A stretch of DNA of 64,000 nucleotides from an uncultured delta proteobacterium (lineage in GTDB: Bacteria; Myxococcota; Myxococcia; Myxococcales; Myxococcaceae), in contig CAVQKE010000003.1 in NCBI GenBank assembly GCA_963713045.1, forward strand, positions 960,001-1,024,000, in the 5' to 3' direction. The position numbers were made by a program, and so were the translations under genes. Within the stretch, counting starts at the first letter, position 1. Every line of letters starts with the position of its first letter. Under the pieces are notes generated by a model. The model was not told the origin of the DNA. It made no database searches and worked only from the letters and a program-made list of their open reading frames with translations. Shown here piece after piece: positions 60,942 to 64,000 of this stretch.

Positions 60942-61511
60942 CTACTCGTATTCGTCCAGTTCGGTGAAGACCGAGCCCACGAAGGCTTCCTTCTGCATTT
61001 CTGCGGCGAGCGCGCGGTCGATGAAGACCGGAAGCGAGAAACTTTTGAGCCGGAAAATGCCGACGCCGGGCTCGACACGTTTGGTGTCGACCACCAGCTG
61101 CTTGACGCGAGAAATACGCGTCTTGAGGATGGGACTGTAGGTTGGCTGACTGGCCTTCACGTCGAGCGCATCCTGCGGGGGTGCCGGGTGCACGATGCAA
61201 TAGCCCGCTCCGGCCGCTTTCCCCTTGTGATCGAGAATCGTCACTGGGAGGAACTCCAGGTTTTGGAGGTTCCTCTTCTTGAGGAACTCGACGACCCGCG
61301 ACGAGCACACTTTCAGGTGGTTGTCGTTGGTGAGGTCATCGGTGAGTCCGGTGTCCTTCTTGTGAAATTTGCTCATCCTGAGGCGGATGTTGGTCGGGGC
61401 GCTCTTCCCGAAGACGATTCCCGGAACCAAGTCCAAGCTGTCGACATTTTCGACTCCCTCGAGTCGACAGGCGTTCCCCACCGCGACGCTCTCCCAAACC
61501 ATCAGCTCCAT
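60942..61511 (-). CDS. Imm11 (DUF1629)-like immunity protein
   Basis: D.L.N.....VCS.RV.EFL....NLEFLPV.I.DHKG.....Y.IVH...DALD...S...IFRL. Immediately downstream of the AHH toxin. Confidence 0.78.
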   Translation of the reverse strand: MELMVWESVAVGNACRLEGVENVDSLDLVPGIVFGKSAPTNIRLRMSKFHKKDTGLTDDLTNDNHLKVCSSRVVEFLKKRNLQNLEFLPVTILDHKGKAAGAGYCIVHPAPPQDALDVKASQPTYSPILKTRISRVKQLVVDTKRVEPGVGIFRLKSFSLPVFIDRALAAEMQKEAFVGSVFTELDEYE

Positions 61512-61534
61512 CGTGCGCAGTCCTTCTCGGGTGG

Positions 61535-62236
61535 CTACCGAGTCAACGCTTTGAGGGGCTCTGGCTTTCGACCAAACGCTCGCACCACCCGCACCCTGGC
61601 GACCGTGGCCTTGGCCATTGAGAAAGGGAGCCACCAGTTGCGCTCCCCTTCCTTCAGGATAGCGCTTCGTGTGCCTCCCTGCCGCGTTCCTCGCTGGGAA
61701 ACCTTGTCGCGGAAGTTGCTCTCGAGATTCTTGATGGCCGCCTGAACGTCACTGTCCTCCGGGCACTCGCCGGCCTTCTTCGCCGCCTTGAGGTCATTCC
61801 AAATCTCCGACTTGAATGCCGCCCGCACCTCATCGGTGTAACCCCCGCTGCAGTTGTGGTCCCAGTCGTGACAGGGGAGATTCAAATCCCAGCTCGACCC
61901 CGGCTTGTCGCGGGTCCCCGGGTCATTGGCCCCCTTGGTGTAGGTACCCTTGAGGGGTAGCCAGACCAGGTTGGGCTTCTGGTTCACACACCATTCGGTG
62001 TTCTTGTAGACGGCATCAATCGCCAGGACGTAGCCCACATAGTCCTGATCGGTCTTGTAGCCGATGGTCGATGACACGCAGAGAATGTGGTGCGCCTGCC
62101 GTGGCAACTTGGGGAAGGGCGGCTTCTGGGGCGCGTTGTCGGCGTAGTTACAGGCGCCTTTCAACTCGCAGGTGCCTTCCCGTGAGGTGTGAATCTTCTC
62201 CTTGCCGACTCCCCTAAAATGCTTCTTCTGGGCCAT
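61535..62236 (-). CDS. AHH-family (HNH-like) nuclease toxin
   Basis: RQAHHIL, N...NLVWLP, LPCH..DH....Y...V motifs. Confidence 0.78.
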   Translation of the reverse strand: MAQKKHFRGVGKEKIHTSREGTCELKGACNYADNAPQKPPFPKLPRQAHHILCVSSTIGYKTDQDYVGYVLAIDAVYKNTEWCVNQKPNLVWLPLKGTYTKGANDPGTRDKPGSSWDLNLPCHDWDHNCSGGYTDEVRAAFKSEIWNDLKAAKKAGECPEDSDVQAAIKNLESNFRDKVSQRGTRQGGTRSAILKEGERNWWLPFSMAKATVARVRVVRAFGRKPEPLKALTR

Positions 62237-62239
62237 GGC

Positions 62240-63286
62240 TCAAGCCCCCCGTTCAATCCGGATGGCCGCGCGGCCGCCGCCATCTGAAGACGACAGAAGG
62301 ACAGCCGTCCGCCCGGGTGCATAACCACGGGCGTACCCGCGAGTGACAAGTTGCGCGGCGAGGGCACCGCTCGCAGCACCGGTGTCTCCGAAGCTGATGG
62401 CCGGGTCCCATTCCGGCGCTGGCAGCAGCCCCGGCATCTTCGCGACCAGTCGGCGTTGGCAATAACCCCAGTCACTGGCTCGAATCGCCTCACCGTTGCG
62501 GTCCAGCACGAAGAAAGTCTCCCGTGGCGGCAGCGGACCAGTTGCCGCAGCCAACTGCAGCACCGCCTGTGCCAGGCCTTCGCCCACCGGGGGTGGGTCG
62601 TCGCCGCGTGGCTCGCGTGCGAGCGTCACGCCGCCGAGCAGGGCGAGGGGTGGGACGTTGCGACGACGGGCGCTGTTGGGCGTTTCGAGGAGGAGAAAGG
62701 CTGCCGCCTCGCCGGGCTGTAGACCCACCGGGTTGATGCCCGTCTTCAGCCGGTTGGCCGCAGCAAATGCGTCCAGTGCCAAATCGTCGCACAAACTGTC
62801 CACTCCCCCGACGACGCAGGCCGCGACTCGCCCCTGGGCCAACAGTTGCAGCGCTGCCTGAACGGCCATCGCAAACCCCGCATGGCCGGAAGGAAACGTC
62901 TGGCACAGTGGCGGCGAGGCACGCAGCCCGGTGAGGCCCAGCAATTTGGCGAGCAATCCGATGGAGCGTGGCGCTTGAACTGCGGCCACCTTGGCCCGCG
63001 CGGCAACATCCGGAAGTGCCAGGAAGAGACCCACCTCCTCATTCGGCATGGACGCAACCAGGCTCTTGACCGCCGGCAGCGCCAAGGACAGCAGCCGGGC
63101 CTCGCCCTGGAAACCAGCCACGGCTGGCACCGGATGACCGGTAATTGGCTTCGGCCCCTCCTCGTCATCGAAGGCCTGGCGGTCGAGCGGCGCCGGGCGA
63201 CTGAGCCTTGCCCGCACGGCGGCACAGGCGGTCACCGTGTCCCCCAGCGAGGTGTTGGCGGCCATGGCCGTCACGGCTGCATTCAC
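62240..63286 (-). CDS. Beta-ketoacyl-synthase/thiolase-like accessory protein, catalytically degenerate
   Basis: VGGVDS, PGEAAAFLLLE, D.NGE..R..DW, GDTGAASG. SGHAG occupies the catalytic Cys position. Confidence 0.78.
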   Translation of the reverse strand: MNAAVTAMAANTSLGDTVTACAAVRARLSRPAPLDRQAFDDEEGPKPITGHPVPAVAGFQGEARLLSLALPAVKSLVASMPNEEVGLFLALPDVAARAKVAAVQAPRSIGLLAKLLGLTGLRASPPLCQTFPSGHAGFAMAVQAALQLLAQGRVAACVVGGVDSLCDDLALDAFAAANRLKTGINPVGLQPGEAAAFLLLETPNSARRRNVPPLALLGGVTLAREPRGDDPPPVGEGLAQAVLQLAAATGPLPPRETFFVLDRNGEAIRASDWGYCQRRLVAKMPGLLPAPEWDPAISFGDTGAASGALAAQLVTRGYARGYAPGRTAVLLSSSDGGGRAAIRIERGA

Positions 63287-63301
63287 GTCCAGCGGCTCCG
63301 C

Positions 63302-63808
63302 TCAGTTAATTTGCACCTTGCCGCCCCGAACCTTGTGGACCTCATCGGCCTGGGTCACCACATTGACCCCCCGCAACACCACCTTGCCGTCGCGACGCAG
63401 GGTGAGTGTGGCCTTGCCGCAGCGCAGGACGACCTCCTCTTTCCCTTCGATGAGGACGTGACGGCCATCCACCCGTGCCACCATCTCTTCCGGCGGGTTC
63501 GCCTCGGTCAGTATCGCCTCAAGCAGCGGCGTCGCCGAACGCAAGATTCCCACCAGCAGCGGCCGCGCCGGCTCGCCGTCCTCGAAAAGCAGGACCACCT
63601 TGGCCTGCTCCTTTGCCGCGCGCTCCAGCATCTCATCGTCGAGGGACGAGAGCACTTGAGCGACCCTCGGGCCGCCGACGTTACCCGGGTAGGTCACCAG
63701 GACTTGGCCGCGCACAAAGCCGGTGATTGAGCCCACCACCGGCCCGACGATGCGTTCGCCGGCGGATGCCAGAGGAGCGCGGCTGCGCCGAGGCGCTGGC
63801 GTGCTCAT
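63302..63808 (-). CDS. DUF6484 domain protein
   Basis: VVLLFE.G.P.RP.LVG, VDG..V.IEG.EEVVLRCGKA.LTLRRDGKV..RG....A....VRGG.VQIN. ATG at 63808 overlaps the upstream stop. Confidence 0.82.
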   Translation of the reverse strand: MSTPAPRRSRAPLASAGERIVGPVVGSITGFVRGQVLVTYPGNVGGPRVAQVLSSLDDEMLERAAKEQAKVVLLFEDGEPARPLLVGILRSATPLLEAILTEANPPEEMVARVDGRHVLIEGKEEVVLRCGKATLTLRRDGKVVLRGVNVVTQADEVHKVRGGKVQIN

Positions 63809-64000
63809 TCGACGTCGTCCCCGCAGCAGGCGCACTTCGGCTTGTCAGCGGATCCGCCCAGGGCAATGACCGGCGCCTGGAGCACCGGAAAGGGCGGCGT
63901 GTTCTTGGCGTTGTGCAGCATCAGGTCGAAGGAGCGGGGCACGTTCTTCCCCTCGAACTGGACATCGAATGAAAAGTTCACAAACTCGGCCTTCCCCTGA
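63805..64000 (-). CDS. PAAR-like DUF4150 protein, 5'-truncated by the window edge
   Basis: Minus-strand translation QGKAEFVNFSFDVQFEGKNVPRSFDLMLHNAKNTPPFPVLQAPVIALGGSADKPKCACCGDDVE*; SFDV..EGKNV.R..D.M.HN is the DUF4150 signature. Confidence 0.82.
   Translation of the reverse strand, partial: QGKAEFVNFSFDVQFEGKNVPRSFDLMLHNAKNTPPFPVLQAPVIALGGSADKPKCACCGDDVE

Noticed and set aside
1..64000. CRISPR array, rRNA, tRNA, prophage or integrase
   Set aside because: No regularly spaced repeats, structural RNA signatures, cas genes or phage genes were seen by eye.

Overview
A GC-rich bacterial chromosomal window, most likely Myxococcota: it has an aib/mvaS operon, MYXO-CTERM-type sorting tails, a TIGR02270/DUF4150-type toxin locus and a Myxococcus-type LexA box. 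In order it contains: the end of the alternative isovaleryl-CoA operon (aibB-aibC-mvaS); a selenocysteine formate dehydrogenase-N operon (fdnG read through an in-frame UGA with SECIS, fdnH, fdnI, fdhE) with mrp; class II aldolase + mtnA; an M23 lipoprotein; dnaE; a stand-alone N6-adenine DNA methyltransferase; sodC; a small, probably SOS-controlled Zn-finger gene; vWA/GATase-DUF4159 genes; an RpoH-like sigma factor, DEAD-box helicase and glutamate dehydrogenase; a tkt-tal-zwf-glk-rpe cluster; a Pro-rich protein, yceI, a rhomboid-like pseudoprotease and small conserved proteins; a lipoprotein plus two paralogous PA-domain metallopeptidases; ohr; tatBC; MFS; MCP; HDAC/methyltransferase/SDR; a Ser/Thr kinase; a methyltransferase that apparently lost its stop codon to an IS1182-type remnant; and a PAAR-like/AHH-nuclease/double-immunity locus cut off by the window end. 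No rRNA, tRNA or CRISPR array was found. The best candidates for undescribed biology are the LexA-boxed Zn-finger protein with clamp-binding-like motifs, the lipoprotein/peptidase 'trans-propeptide' pairing, and the orphan methyltransferase with a Type ISP-like specificity domain next to dnaE. All family names come from motif recognition, not from database searches.
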